This document shows positions 1 through 11,248 of a stretch of DNA of 64,000 bases, piece after piece (within the stretch, counting starts at the first letter, position 1; each line of letters opens with the position of its first letter). The notes beneath the pieces were generated by a model. The model had not been told where the DNA came from and ran no database searches. It saw nothing but the letters and a program-made list of their open reading frames with translations. This DNA comes from the human T2T-CHM13v2.0 reference genome, Homo sapiens. The translations under genes and the position numbers were made by a program. Location: assembly GCF_009914755.1 (NCBI RefSeq), contig NC_060930.1. One strand, 5' to 3'.

Positions 1-1448
1 TGTTGGATCATCTGGTTGGGGGCTTCTGGCCCAGAGAACCATTGCACTCTGGGGCAGTGTGCTTTCCAGTGATTGCCTCAGCATAGTGGACATGGACGAG
101 GGGGAGGCTTGTTTCTCGTTGGACAATCTTTTTTAAAGTGTCCTTGTAAACCACACTGATAACAAGCCCTACTGGGTGATTGGCCTGCTCCATTTTCTGT
201 CCTCTCTGAACCCCCAAGGTTTGTTTGTCTGAGGGCCATGACTAAGGCTGTGGCCTTTCTCTGATCTCGCTTTTCCTTTTGGGCCTGTTCCTCTTGGTCC
301 CTATTATAGAACACCAAGGTTGCTAGGTTTAATAATGCCTCCAGATTTTGTTCAGGGCCCAGGGCTCGCTTTTGGAGCTATATCCTGATATCTGCAGCTG
401 ATTGGGTAATAAACTTATCTTTTAGAATCAATTGACCCTCGAGTGAGTCGGGTGTCTGGGGAGTATATTTTCTTAAGGCCTCCCATAGCTGCTCAAGGAA
501 GGCAGGATTTTCTTCCTTTCCCTGAGTTATGGTAGACATTATTGAACAATTCATGGGCTTTTTCCTAATTCTCCTTATTCCTTCTAGGACATAGGTCAAC
601 AGATGTTTACGACTCCAGTCCCCACGATCTGAGTCGAGGTCCCAGTGGGGATCCATACTGGGGACAGCTTGCTGACTGGTAGGGAATTTGTCCCTTTCTT
701 CAGCTGTCATTCTATCATTTACTTGACTGAGATACCAGGTATCTCCAAAGTCTCAGGCTACAGCTAAAGTCTCATTCTTTTCATTAAAGGCCAGTGTTTG
801 ATCTAACAATAGCAAGACATCTCTCCAAGTGAGATCAAAGGTTTGCCCTAGACCCTGTATGACATCTATGTACCTATCAGGATCATCTGAAAACTTCCCC
901 AAATCTGCCTTGATCTGCTCTAAATCAGAGAGGGAGAAGGGGACATGTACCCAGGCTGGGCCAAACTCCCCTCCCCCCACAGCTTGAAGGGGACATAACC
1001 AATAGCCCAGGGGGGATTGTGGTCCTTTGGAGATTTCTTTGCTTATTTCCTTCCGGGTGGAGGAGATTAGAGGAGGCTTATCATTAATAGGAAGGGGAGC
1101 TATAGGGAGGCTAGGATATGGGGATAAGCTGTGAAGTCCTCCTGTAGGATGTAAATTGCAAGCTTTGCATAGTTTTGTATTCTCCTTCAATGAAAAGAAA
1201 GCTTGGACATAAGGTATTTCACTCCATTGGCCTTCCCTCTTACAGAAAAGGTCAAGCTGCAGGATAGTATTGTAATTTATATTTCCCTCAGGTGGCCATT
1301 TTTCCCCATCAGAGAGATAATATTGGGGCCAAGCTGTAGTGCAGAAAAAAATGAGCCAGGTCTTTTTCAGGGTTTGTGGGTCAAATTGGTCCCAATGGCT
1401 TAGGGTGCATTTCAAGAATGAGCCTGTTGATGCTTGAGTGTTTCCCAT
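1..1448 (-). pseudogene. gag: HERV9-type gag (MA-CA-NC), disrupted; runs off window
   Basis: ATG at 1448 (MGNTQAS). ORFs 753-1502, 378-710 and 78-317 are in one frame, separated by stops at 753-755, 378-380 and 78-80. Contains QGKEENP major-homology-like region and zinc knuckle CYQCGLQGHFKKDC. Confidence 0.92.
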
Positions 1449-1495
1449 CTGAAAGACAAAACCGCCAGTGGTTTTGGTTTGTTTGTTTCTCCCCC

Positions 1496-1643
1496 TGCCC
1501 AAGAACCCGCAACGGTCCCTGGGCCCTGCTGATGGGAATAATCGCCCTCACTGACGTAGCAGCAGAAAAACCTCTTGCCCAAGAACCCACAACAGTCCCT
1601 GGACCCTGCTGATCAGAATAGTTGTGCTCACTGATGCAGCAGA
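1496..1643. repeat. ~80-bp tandem duplication in the ERV pre-gag leader
   Basis: tgcccaagaaccc(g/a)caac(g/a)gtccctgg... begins at both 1496 and 1576. Confidence 0.85.
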
Positions 1644-2491
1644 GTCCTAAGCATTCTCCTGTTAGTATTGAGACCTTACCCATGTCCTATAAAGATGTTA
1701 TGCCCCAAAAATGAAGTGAAGGGCCATACCCTGAGGGAGGGAAGGGATCTCCAGAGTTAGAAGAGTGATGCCTTTTGTCCTCACTTATACGAATAGGAAG
1801 GATACAATTTCTGAGGCTCCCCAAATCCTAGCTTCAGGAATAGCTTTTGTTAGGCCTGCTTTTCTGAGGAGGGATCCTAAAATTCCAGATAGTCCCCCCT
1901 ACAATGGGGCTTTGGGCAAAAATTATGTCTTTCTGGTTGGTGAGCCCGGGTGCCTAAAGAAGGTAACAGAGTCCTGAAGTTTATACTAGAAATCATTCTT
2001 ACAGGAGAAACTAGAAAAGCACCAGAGACAGGGAGTGGTTTTTAGAAGCAGGACTAGCCTCGGAGAAGAAAGGCGGGAGGAAGTTTGTCTGATAGGCATT
2101 AGGACCCAGGAGGCAAGCATCAGGATAGATAGGATAGATGGGTGAGTCTCGCTTGGGCGACATGACTTTGAGAGTTCTGCTCATGGCTGCAGGGTCAACC
2201 AACTTGTTGTCGGGACCCCAGAGCTGAATGGCTTTTGTCTCTGCCAACCCTTGGCTCAGCCCAGAAGTACAGGAAAAGCGGAAGCTGGTTCCAGGCAAAC
2301 CAACACTCCCAATTCCAAAGAGTCGGGGGTTGTTAGAGAGCCCTTTCCCAGAAAGCCTGACAACCATGTCTTAAGTCTGGTGGCCGTGCTAGTCGCTTTT
2401 AACTGGCCAGCTTTTAACAGGTGCCTGGTATTTAGCCCCCAAATTCTAAGGAAAAATAGAACAAAATAGCAAGTGAAAGGGGTCTGATGGT

Positions 2492-2497
2492 ACTCAC
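2492..2497 (-). promoter_or_regulatory. Putative ERV major splice donor (GTGAGT)
   Basis: Minus strand CCAAGCA|GTGAGTACC about 20 nt after the PBS. Confidence 0.55.
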
Positions 2498-2516
2498 TGC
2501 TTGGCGATAGGCAATA

Positions 2517-2534
2517 GTCCCATCTGGGTCACCA
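2517..2534 (-). other. Primer binding site, tRNA-Arg type
   Basis: Minus strand TGGTGACCCAGATGGGAC lies 3 nt after the LTR terminal CA. Plus strand GTCCCATCTGGGTCACCA matches the recalled tRNA-Arg(CCG) 3' end GTCCCATCTGGGTCGCCA at 17/18. Confidence 0.85.
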
Positions 2535-2560
2535 AAATGTGTCTAGAGTTGGTTCCTTCC

Positions 2561-2980
2561 AGTGGGTTCTTGGTCTTGCTGACTTCAAGAATGAAGCCGC
2601 AGACCCTCGCGGTGAGTGTTACAATTCTTAAAGATGGTGTGTCCAGAGTTTGTTCCTTCAGATGTTCAGATGTGTCCAGAGTTTCTTCCTTCTGGTGGGT
2701 TTGTGGTCTTGCTGAGTTCAGGAGTGAAGCCGCAGACCTTCACAGTGAGTGTTACAGCTCTTAAAAGTGGCACGTCCAGAGCTGTTCATTCCTTCCGGTG
2801 CGTTCATGGTCTCGCTGACTTCAGGAGTGAATCCGCAGACCTTCGTAGTGAATGTTACAGTTCTTAAAGGTGGCGCGTCCAGAGTTGTTCATTCCTCTTG
2901 GTGGGTTCATGGTCTCGCTGATTTCAGGAGTGAAGCCACAGACCTTCACAGTGAGTGTCACAGCTCTTAAAGGCGGTGTG
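2561..2980. repeat. LTR12 U5 tandem repeats, 4 units of ~103-133 bp
   Basis: Units start near 2561, 2694, 2797 and 2900 (g(g/c)gtt..tggtct.gctga.ttca.ga.tgaa.cc.cagacc). Confidence 0.85.
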
Positions 2981-3006
2981 GACACAAAGAGTGAGAAGCA
3001 GCAAGA

Positions 3007-3012
3007 TTTATT
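3007..3012 (-). terminator. LTR poly(A) signal AATAAA
   Basis: Plus strand tttatt in the LTR R region (minus CACAATAAATCTTGC). Confidence 0.7.
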
Positions 3013-3124
3013 GTGAAGAGCGAAAGAACAAAGCTTCCACAGTGTGGAAGGGGACCCTAGCAGGTTGCCACTGCTGGCTCAGGTGGCCAGCATTTTTTCC
3101 CTTATTTGGCCCTGCCCACGTCCT

Positions 3125-3335
3125 GCTGATTGGTCCATTTTACAGAGCGCTGATTGGTCCGTTTTACAGAGTGCTGATTAGTCCGTTTTTACAGAGTACT
3201 GATTGGTGCATTTACAAACCTTTAGCTAGACACAGAGCACTGATTGGTGCGTTTTTACAGAGTGCTGATTGGTGCATTTACAAACATTTAGCTAGACTCA
3301 GAGTGCTGATTGGTGCATTTACAATCCTTTAGCTA
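3125..3335 (-). promoter_or_regulatory. LTR12 U3 enhancer/promoter array of CCAAT (NF-Y) boxes
   Basis: Seven ctgatt(g/a)gt units near 3126, 3150, 3174, 3199, 3240, 3265 and 3306; six read ACCAATCAG on the minus strand. Confidence 0.8.
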
Positions 3336-3589
3336 GACAGAAAGTTCCCCAAGTCCCCACCTGACCCAGAAGCCCAGCCGGCTTCACCTCTCAATGATAC
3401 AGATCTGCATGGGTTCTGTAAGAAGGCAAACCCTGCATTACGAAGTGAGGATGATTTAACAAAAGTTGATGAAGTAAAATCACTCCTGGTTCAACACAAG
3501 CACCTCCCAATCTTCACAGCCTTCTACCTTCTGTGTGGTCTGATAGCAGAAGAGATAGAGTGGTGTAGACCTAGTATTGTGCAGAATGT

Positions 3590-3990
3590 AAAAGCTACAT
3601 TCCTAAACCTAGACTCTTTGCTTTCAAACCCCAGCCCTGTTGTTCACTTGGCATGAGATCTCCAGTGAGTTATGTAACCTCACTTTGCCTCAGTTTCTAA
3701 TCTGTTGAGATGATGATGATGATGGTGATGGTGACGGTGAGGATGGTGGTGGTGGTCGTGGTGGTGGTGGTGATGGTGACAATGGTGATGGTGGTGATGA
3801 TGATGACAATGGTGATGGTGGTGATGATGATGGAGCCACATGATGGTGATAATGGTGACAATGACAATGGTAACAATGATAGCACTTATTTTGTTGTTGT
3901 GAGAATTCAATGAGTTGATATATGTAGCTTGCAAGGAACACAGTGTTTAGCACTTGGTAAGTGATATGTAAATGTTAGCTATTATTAGTT
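3590..3990 (+). mobile_element. MIR SINE split by a trinucleotide repeat
   Basis: cctcagtttctaatctgt before the repeat; gttgttgtgagaattcaatgag...aaatgttagctattatta after it. Confidence 0.75.
3709..3880. repeat. Compound (GAT/GGT/GAC/AAT)n trinucleotide repeat
   Basis: Directly visible; explains the poly-His and poly-Val/Met ORFs. Confidence 0.95.
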
Positions 3991-4289
3991 GATTTGGTCA
4001 ATAAACTCTTCATTGATATGAGAATCAGCAAAGCAGGAGGTAGAATTAGTGTTTATAGAGAAGTAGTACTCAACTTCAGGGGAGGATGGAAGGAGGTTTG
4101 AGCTAGAAGGTATCTTAAAGATCAACCTACAGGCCCCCTCATTTTTTATAAGAAAATGATAGTGACATGCTCCAGGAGTTACAATATCTTAAAGACAATT
4201 AAACATAATACAAATATAAGGTGCTAGTAATTTTTATTCTGTCTCTAGCTCTCCAGCTTATTTGCTTTAACTATCCCTTCATAGGCTGT

Positions 4290-4740
4290 GGCTTCACTTT
4301 ACCCCAGCACAAGTTCTAGGCCTGTGATTTGTTACTGGATCCTCAAATTCAGTGTGACTAAAACGAAACTCCATTTTCCCTGCAAACCCATTCCCCTTCC
4401 TCCACATTTCCCATGTCTGACAGCAGCATCACTACATCCCCAGTCTCCTGGGGTAGGAGCCTAAGCATTACCTTCATTTTCATCATCTCTCTCTCCACTG
4501 CTGCTCCTCACATCCCAGGAGCCTCAGTGTTTCCTTGTGCATGTGGCTGCTCTCTCCCTCTCCCTATCTCCACCATCCCCTCTCCCTTGCATGCCTTTAG
4601 CTTCACTCTGAGCCCCGGGAATCAGCAGGTCTCATTGTTCCGCCATGGCCTCTTCTCTGACTATATCCAGGATGTCCTCAGATGAATCTTATTTAAATAC
4701 TCTCCCATTGTGTTAGTCCCCTGCTCAAACACCCTCCTCA
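4290..4740 (+). mobile_element. L2 LINE fragment
   Basis: ctcaaattcagtgtgactaaaacgaaactc... and pyrimidine-rich text typical of the L2 3' region. Confidence 0.55.
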
Positions 4741-5833
4741 CTCCAAAGGGATGACTTCCGTAGAATCTGGCCCTGCATACTTCCTCCTCACTTACCCCCC
4801 TTCCCAAGCTGTGCCACCAGTGAATCAGGACTATTTGACTTTTGACTGACAGTCACACAGGATTTCCACCATCTTCCTTTGAAATCCCAAGCTAAAGTTG
4901 GGAGGAGGCCTGTGACAGTGGAGAAGGAGGTAGCCAGGCCCCCATACAATCAATGCCTGGAAACAGGTAGAGTGGGGAAGGGGCCTGGGCCTGCCCCCTC
5001 CCACACTCAGCCCCTCCCTCAACCCTCTGCCCTTCCGGAGCTGCCTTTCATGTTTGTTTTCATCCAGATTTACCTGTATATAATGTTGAGCACAGGTTAC
5101 CCAGTGTGTTTGCCCAGGCCCAACATACCCTGCGGTAGGTGAACGTAACCCTCCAATCCGAACAGTCCCTCCACTGGAGACGACCCCCTAAGTCTTCATA
5201 ACAAGAACGCTGGCACTAAAATAGACCTCTTAGGCATACGGGGCAGCAACACGCTAATTCCGTAAGGAAGGAAGCTGGTTCTTTTTCCTCTTTTTTTTTT
5301 CCTCCAAAATCCACTTTTATCCAAAGGATAAGCTGCTCTGACCTTGACAGTTTTTAAAAGAAAAGTCTGTTGCTAATGGGAACCAGCCCAGCTGTGAAAG
5401 ATCTAATGAGTGCCTGCCAGTGGCGTCATCTAGAAACAAATCAAGCAGCTTCTGAGAGAGCAGGGAGACCAGCTGTTCCGCCTCTCCTCTAAAAGGAAAG
5501 AAGAACAGAAATATGAAACATTGAGTCAAGAAACAGTACAAATGGCAGCAAAACATGTATTTTAACGACTCTGAGATCACAGCACATTGGAAAGGTAAAT
5601 GACCCTCTTCCCTCTGATGAGTCCTGAAAGCTAGGACAGCAAAGCTTCCCTAACAGGACAGACGGGAAGTCCAGGACCCCACACAAGTTCTAGAAGGGTG
5701 TGGAACCAACTGACGTTGAAGTAGATGTAGATCTATTTCAAAGTATTTCTGACTAGGGTCTATGTTAATAAACAGGGCTGATAGGATTTATAGGTCAAGA
5801 GAAATGGAGTCTAAAAAGATGAAAACCAAACTA

Positions 5834-6064
5834 CAGGTCGAGCATCCCAAATCCAAAAATCCAAAATCTGAAGCGCTCCAAAATCCAAAACTTTTTGAGC
5901 ACTAACATGACACTCAAAGGAAACGGACATTGGATCATTTCAGATTTCCAGTTTTGATTTTGGGATACTCAACTGGTATAATGCAAATATTTCAAAATCT
6001 GAGAAAAACCCAGATCCAAAACACTTCTGGTCCCAAGCACTTCAGATAAGAGATACTCAATCAG
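5834..6064 (+). mobile_element. Tigger4a/MER46A-like TcMar MITE
   Basis: caggtcgagcatccc...gatactcaatcag terminal inverted repeats with TA on both sides. Confidence 0.85.
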
Positions 6065-6503
6065 TATTATCACTGAAATGGGAAATTAGGGGGTTCTCTC
6101 ATTTCCTACTTAATAGATATTCCCATGTTGGGAAGGGAGGGTTAGAATTTTGAATGTTACCTGATTGTAATTTGCTCTAAATGGTAAAAAGCTAATATTT
6201 GAGTAACAGTATTATTATTTGACCAAAGATTTGGTCAAATTTTAAGATAGAATTTGAAACATCCTGCATGTCTCTATAGATCTTGACATGCCTATAGGCC
6301 CAGCTATCCTTTAAGGTTCATTACCATACACATGTGTGAATCACTTCATAGTAAGATTTGAATTTCCAAAATCTTGCTGTGAATCTCTGACCCTAAAGAC
6401 TTGAGCATATCATGGCCATATTACCATATGCCAGTTTATCATCCCAAACGTCTTTCTTCATCTGTAATTTGGGAACAATAATTACTTTATTGAAGAGGTA
6501 TGA

Positions 6504-6845
<342 letters not shown>

Positions 6846-9800
6846 TGAGACAATATTTATACAAGGGGAAATTGGTCTATTATAAGGCCTAGCCATAGTA
6901 AAGGTCTCAACATGTGCTCCCAGCTCTCCCTCTCCTCGTTGTCTTCTCTCTACCAGTGGTTCTCACACTTCGTAACACTCTGAGGCACACTGGGCATGAA
7001 ATAAAAGCAGGAGAGGATGGGACAGCATATTCCAGAGATCTGTTTTTCTTCTTAAAAGCCACTCACTTGAAATTCTATCAAAGTTATATGCCTAAAAAAT
7101 TCATTACCTCTGTTTTAATTATACAAGAGCCTTACAACTAAAATACTCTCCCAGTCATCTAAGAGACCACCACTTAACAGTATATTAGATGCAAACATTT
7201 CAGATTTTCCCCATGAGCCTGAAGTTTAAACATTCAAATTTGCAAAAGAGAAGTAAATTGGAAGAAAGACATTCACAGAAAACTATTTCATATCCATTAG
7301 TTATCATTTACACATCAAATACATATAGCATTAAGACCAAATATACAGAATTTCCACATTTATATACAGTAGTCAACATAGTGCACAATTCAAATCTATC
7401 TTACAATCAAGTGTACAAGTTTAAATATGGCTTTATAAACTACTAATAACTCTGCTAAAGTAACTCATAGATCCAGAAATAAACACTGAAATGTCATCTT
7501 CACATTGGGGTCATCATTCAGCAAGATGCTAATCATTGTAATTGCAAAACAGAGGGTGCAGGTAAGTGTTTCCAGGTGGTGTCCGCCCATTAGCCCCGAA
7601 ATGTGGGTTCAAATTATGCCAACATTGGCCCTTCCTATCTCAGATACCTAAAAATAAGTCTGCACATCTTCCACACATTTGAAGACACAAGATTATAAAC
7701 AAATAGAAAAAAAGACATGTAATCAGTGAGATGATGAATTATCAGGCATTATCAAAACATGTTTTTCAGATTGATGCTGAAATTCACAGACAATACATCC
7801 TGCATTTGCATTATCTGGGTATCACCTCACCCCTACTTTCTTTTCTTGTTTTGCTTACCTCAGTGTGTTGTTAAATCTTTCTGGAATTTTCAAGGCATTC
7901 TAGATCAAGTGGTCCCAAAAGCAGAATTAAAAACATCAGTCTTAAAGGTGACATCAAATTGTTCATCCTTCTCTTTCCCAACCAAAAATGCCTATTTTAA
8001 GTAAAAATAATTAAATACCTTGACCTAAAATCATGCGTCCATGCCTGTTTTATATCTGCTTTGCCACAAATGGTATATACACATTCTCTAATCAATTACA
8101 GGCATCTGGGTGCTACGCCTAAAGACTCCTTGTCCCATTCTCTAAACTCCATTGAGGACCAGAAAATATACTTTTAAAATGTCTATGTTTGCTATGGTTT
8201 TTAATGTTTACATCAGTAAAACAGTATATACATATATAGCAGTGTATACATATATACATATATATCATAAATAAATACATGGAGGGGCATGCTCAGGAAG
8301 TTTTACTAATAGGGTGAATAAACATAAACGTTTGGAGACCACTGCCTAAATAGGGATGGACGATCTGGGCTGTCTGCAAACATTTAAAAGACTTCTCTAA
8401 AACAAAATGTACATTACTTTGTACAATTTTATATTTATAAAATGAAAAATATATGCCACAAACACTCTTGAGAGACTAGAAGGAAATTCCAAAATTAAAG
8501 GAGTAAATGTATCAGGGCCAGACCCTCTAAGCTGCTATCTAAGGTCCCAGGCCTGGCTTCAGAAGGGGAATGGGGGACATGAGCATAGAAATTAAGATAA
8601 AGATAAATGTTACTTCACTTCCTGCACTGGCCACTTGTATATCCATAGACAATCCTTCCCTACATAGATTGCACTTGTTTTTGATTTATAAACCTGTACT
8701 TTTTATTATTTTAGCAAGATGGCACCACCTAGAAAACTTTCAATTGCCTGATACATCTCTACCACAGCCATACCACATGGTTGCTTGAAATTTTGACATT
8801 TGTTACTGTTTTCTTCTCTCCTCCTACTCAGTTAAATTCTAATACCACCAAATGAGGGACTCAGACCCTCAGTTTTCCAAACTTCACCATGGAAAAACCA
8901 TCGCTGTCATCAACATTTGAGTTGTCAGACATTTGGCATGATGTAGATCACTGGGAAAAAAACATGTGTTTACAATAAGCTTGTTCTGATCCCACAAGAC
9001 TTATTACTTGCAATAAAATCATTTTGACAGGAGTAACATTAAAATCATTTTACAGGAGTAAACATGTCACCCCTACTGAAGCAGAAGCCTTTAGCCTTAT
9101 TTCTGTAAAAAACAAATCCCAGGCATAATTTGTTAAAGATAAAAATACAATCATTTGGACATGGTTTATATTTTAATAAGCCAAATATAATCTCTTGTAG
9201 AAGAGAAGCAAATACGAAAGAACATTTCTGATTCTGAACAATGGAAGAGGAAAGTCATTGATTATTTTTTAAAGAGGAGGAAGACAGTAAATATTCAGAG
9301 CATTCCTCTTTTTTAGCCCTCAATGAACAATTATATTATATTCCCTTTGCTATCTGTTTAGCCACCATTAACTAACATGGCAATTCAGAAGTTGGATCTT
9401 ATTTTTTTAGAAGCCATGGGGTAACTAAAAACAAAAAAGGTATTAAATAAGGAAAAAAGCTTAAGCATTACTAATAAGTGAAAGTTACTCTATTCCAGAG
9501 CCACAAATAAAAACAAATAAATAAAAATAAATGCATGCCAATGGGGGGTGGGAGGTGAATTAGTCACATTTAGTAGCACAACTTTTTATAAAGTTAACTG
9601 ATTATGATACACATATATTGCTTTATGGTTAGTGGATTGTTTCAAAAATGCATGATGGCCATTAAATTCTTTGCTAAAATTATTGTGTACAGAACACCAA
9701 AGTACCGTATCCATCTTTTACTCCAGATTACTTGTTTTCCTACTGAAATGGTCAGTTTGGTGCTGCTAGACCATATCTGTAGGTTATTCGTTTTATTATT

Positions 9801-10588
9801 GCAATGGTCCCCTTTATTTGTCTACCAATTTTACAATTTAAGGCAATCATCCTTATGAAATTTGAGCATCCTAGTTTGTCATGGTCCAGCCAATAGCAGG
9901 AGTTTTAGAGGGTCTAGGTCTGGGGACAAGTTCCTTGCTTCGGCGAAAGCAGAATGGTTGAGGAGGTCACCCTGTCAGCTCCAAAACAGCTGAACCCCTT
10001 TTTTTTAAATCTATGCTTCAGTGCCCTCTGTAATCATCTCTAACAGGCAAGGCTAACGTTGCTGGTTCCAGCAGTCTCATCTCAAAGATTAAGGAAACTT
10101 AAATATCCTTAAGATATTCTTGAAAGTCAGGGACCAAAAATCTGAGTTTCTGGGTAAGGAATTCAGATGAGGAAAACATGCCACAGATGTTCGCATCCAC
10201 GCCTGACAGTAGCAAGAGTCTTACAGGTAAGAGGCCCGTCCCTCCTCACCCACCAAGGGAATCCTTTTGAACTTCCCAAGTTATATCCAGACCACTGGAA
10301 GCAACTGAATAAAGGTCAAGCACTTCACAATCACATGCAATTGATCCCTGGACCTGTTAAAGATGGGTTCCCAGAGCCCAGCATTTAGCCTGGGAAGTAT
10401 TCGTCATTGAGTGTACTTTTATCAGTTCTAGTTTGACTTAAATAGCACTGCATATAAAGGAGAACAAAGGATCCTGGGTCATAGTCAGGAACAATAAAAT
10501 AACATACTCTGTTTAAAAAAAAAAAAATCCTAAAAGAAAGAAAGAAGAATAACCTGAGTTGTTCCCTATCAACAAAAGCCACCAACCT

Positions 10589-10594
10589 TTTATT
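10589..10594 (-). terminator. Candidate FAXC poly(A) signal
   Basis: Minus strand AATAAA followed by GU/U-rich sequence (GGTTGGTGGCTTTTGTTG...TTCTTCTTTCTTTCTTTT). Confidence 0.5.
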
Positions 10595-11069
10595 GAAAAT
10601 ACACTCAACAATTGTTCTATGAATGAATGAATAAATGAATACAGGAAAACCTGATTGTGCAGACCTTTCTTCTTTAAGGAAGAAAAATCCAGCCTCTTCT
10701 CTCCTACCTTCAGCCCAGGCTGGTTGCCCTATCCATGCAGAAGCGGTGGGTTTCAGGGCTGAAAGGAAGCGCACTTGGCCCTGAACTCATTTTGATAAAT
10801 CAATTTTGGGGGTGGTTAAAAGATAAATGACAAGGACAACAACAAAATCCTATGACTTTCAAAATTCCAAACCTCTAAAACAAAATTTTCTCAAATAACC
10901 TAAGAGCACTTCTTTCTTCTTTTCTGTCACTCAAGACATACTGAACATGGATAATAGAGATTACTTTTGCTTGCATAGCCTGTACTAATTTTTCTTCTCT
11001 CTGGCTGTGTTAAAAACAAGAACAAACACAATGATAACATTTAAAGACTCTTGGGAACAAGACTCTTTA

Positions 11070-11248
11070 ACTGGGGTCCATTAACCCCCTGAGGAAACCA
11101 TGGATAATTTCAGGAGGTCTCTAAATTTCCTGAATTTATATGTAACATTTTATGTATTTGCATATATGTGTTTTTCTGGGAATAGGGTATAGAACTTTCG
11201 TTAGATTATCAGTGGAGTTCCTGACAAACAAAAAGTGAAAATTCACTA
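11070..11248. mobile_element. Old hAT-Charlie-like DNA transposon fragment
   Basis: ggggtccattaaccccct...ttagattatcagtggagttcctgac...aaaagtgaaaattcact resembles Charlie/MER103-type ends. Confidence 0.4.

Larger units (their letters stand above)
1..2537 (-). mobile_element. HERV9 (ERV1 class) internal region: PBS, pre-gag leader, gag
   Basis: Directly follows an LTR12-type LTR and PBS; gag resembles the HERV9/HERV-W group. Confidence 0.88.
2538..3393 (-). mobile_element. LTR12-family 5' LTR of the HERV9 provirus
   Basis: Minus strand starts TGAGAGGTGAAGCCGGCTGGGC and ends GACACA; CCAAT repeat array in U3, AATAAA in R, tandem repeats in U5. Confidence 0.93.

Noticed and set aside
2516-2534. 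tRNA-like sequence
   Set aside because: Only the 18-19 nt retroviral primer binding site, not a tRNA gene.
2011-3332. ORFs of 70-125 aa in the ERV leader and LTR
   Set aside because: Incidental open frames in repeat sequence, mostly antisense to the provirus, with no recognisable domain.
2561-3335. Regularly spaced repeats resembling a CRISPR-like array
   Set aside because: These are the standard LTR12 U5 and U3 tandem repeats in eukaryotic DNA; no unique spacers and no cas genes.
3680-3953. Poly-His, poly-Pro/Ser and poly-Val/Met ORFs
   Set aside because: Translations of a trinucleotide repeat inside a MIR; no splice or codon evidence for a gene.
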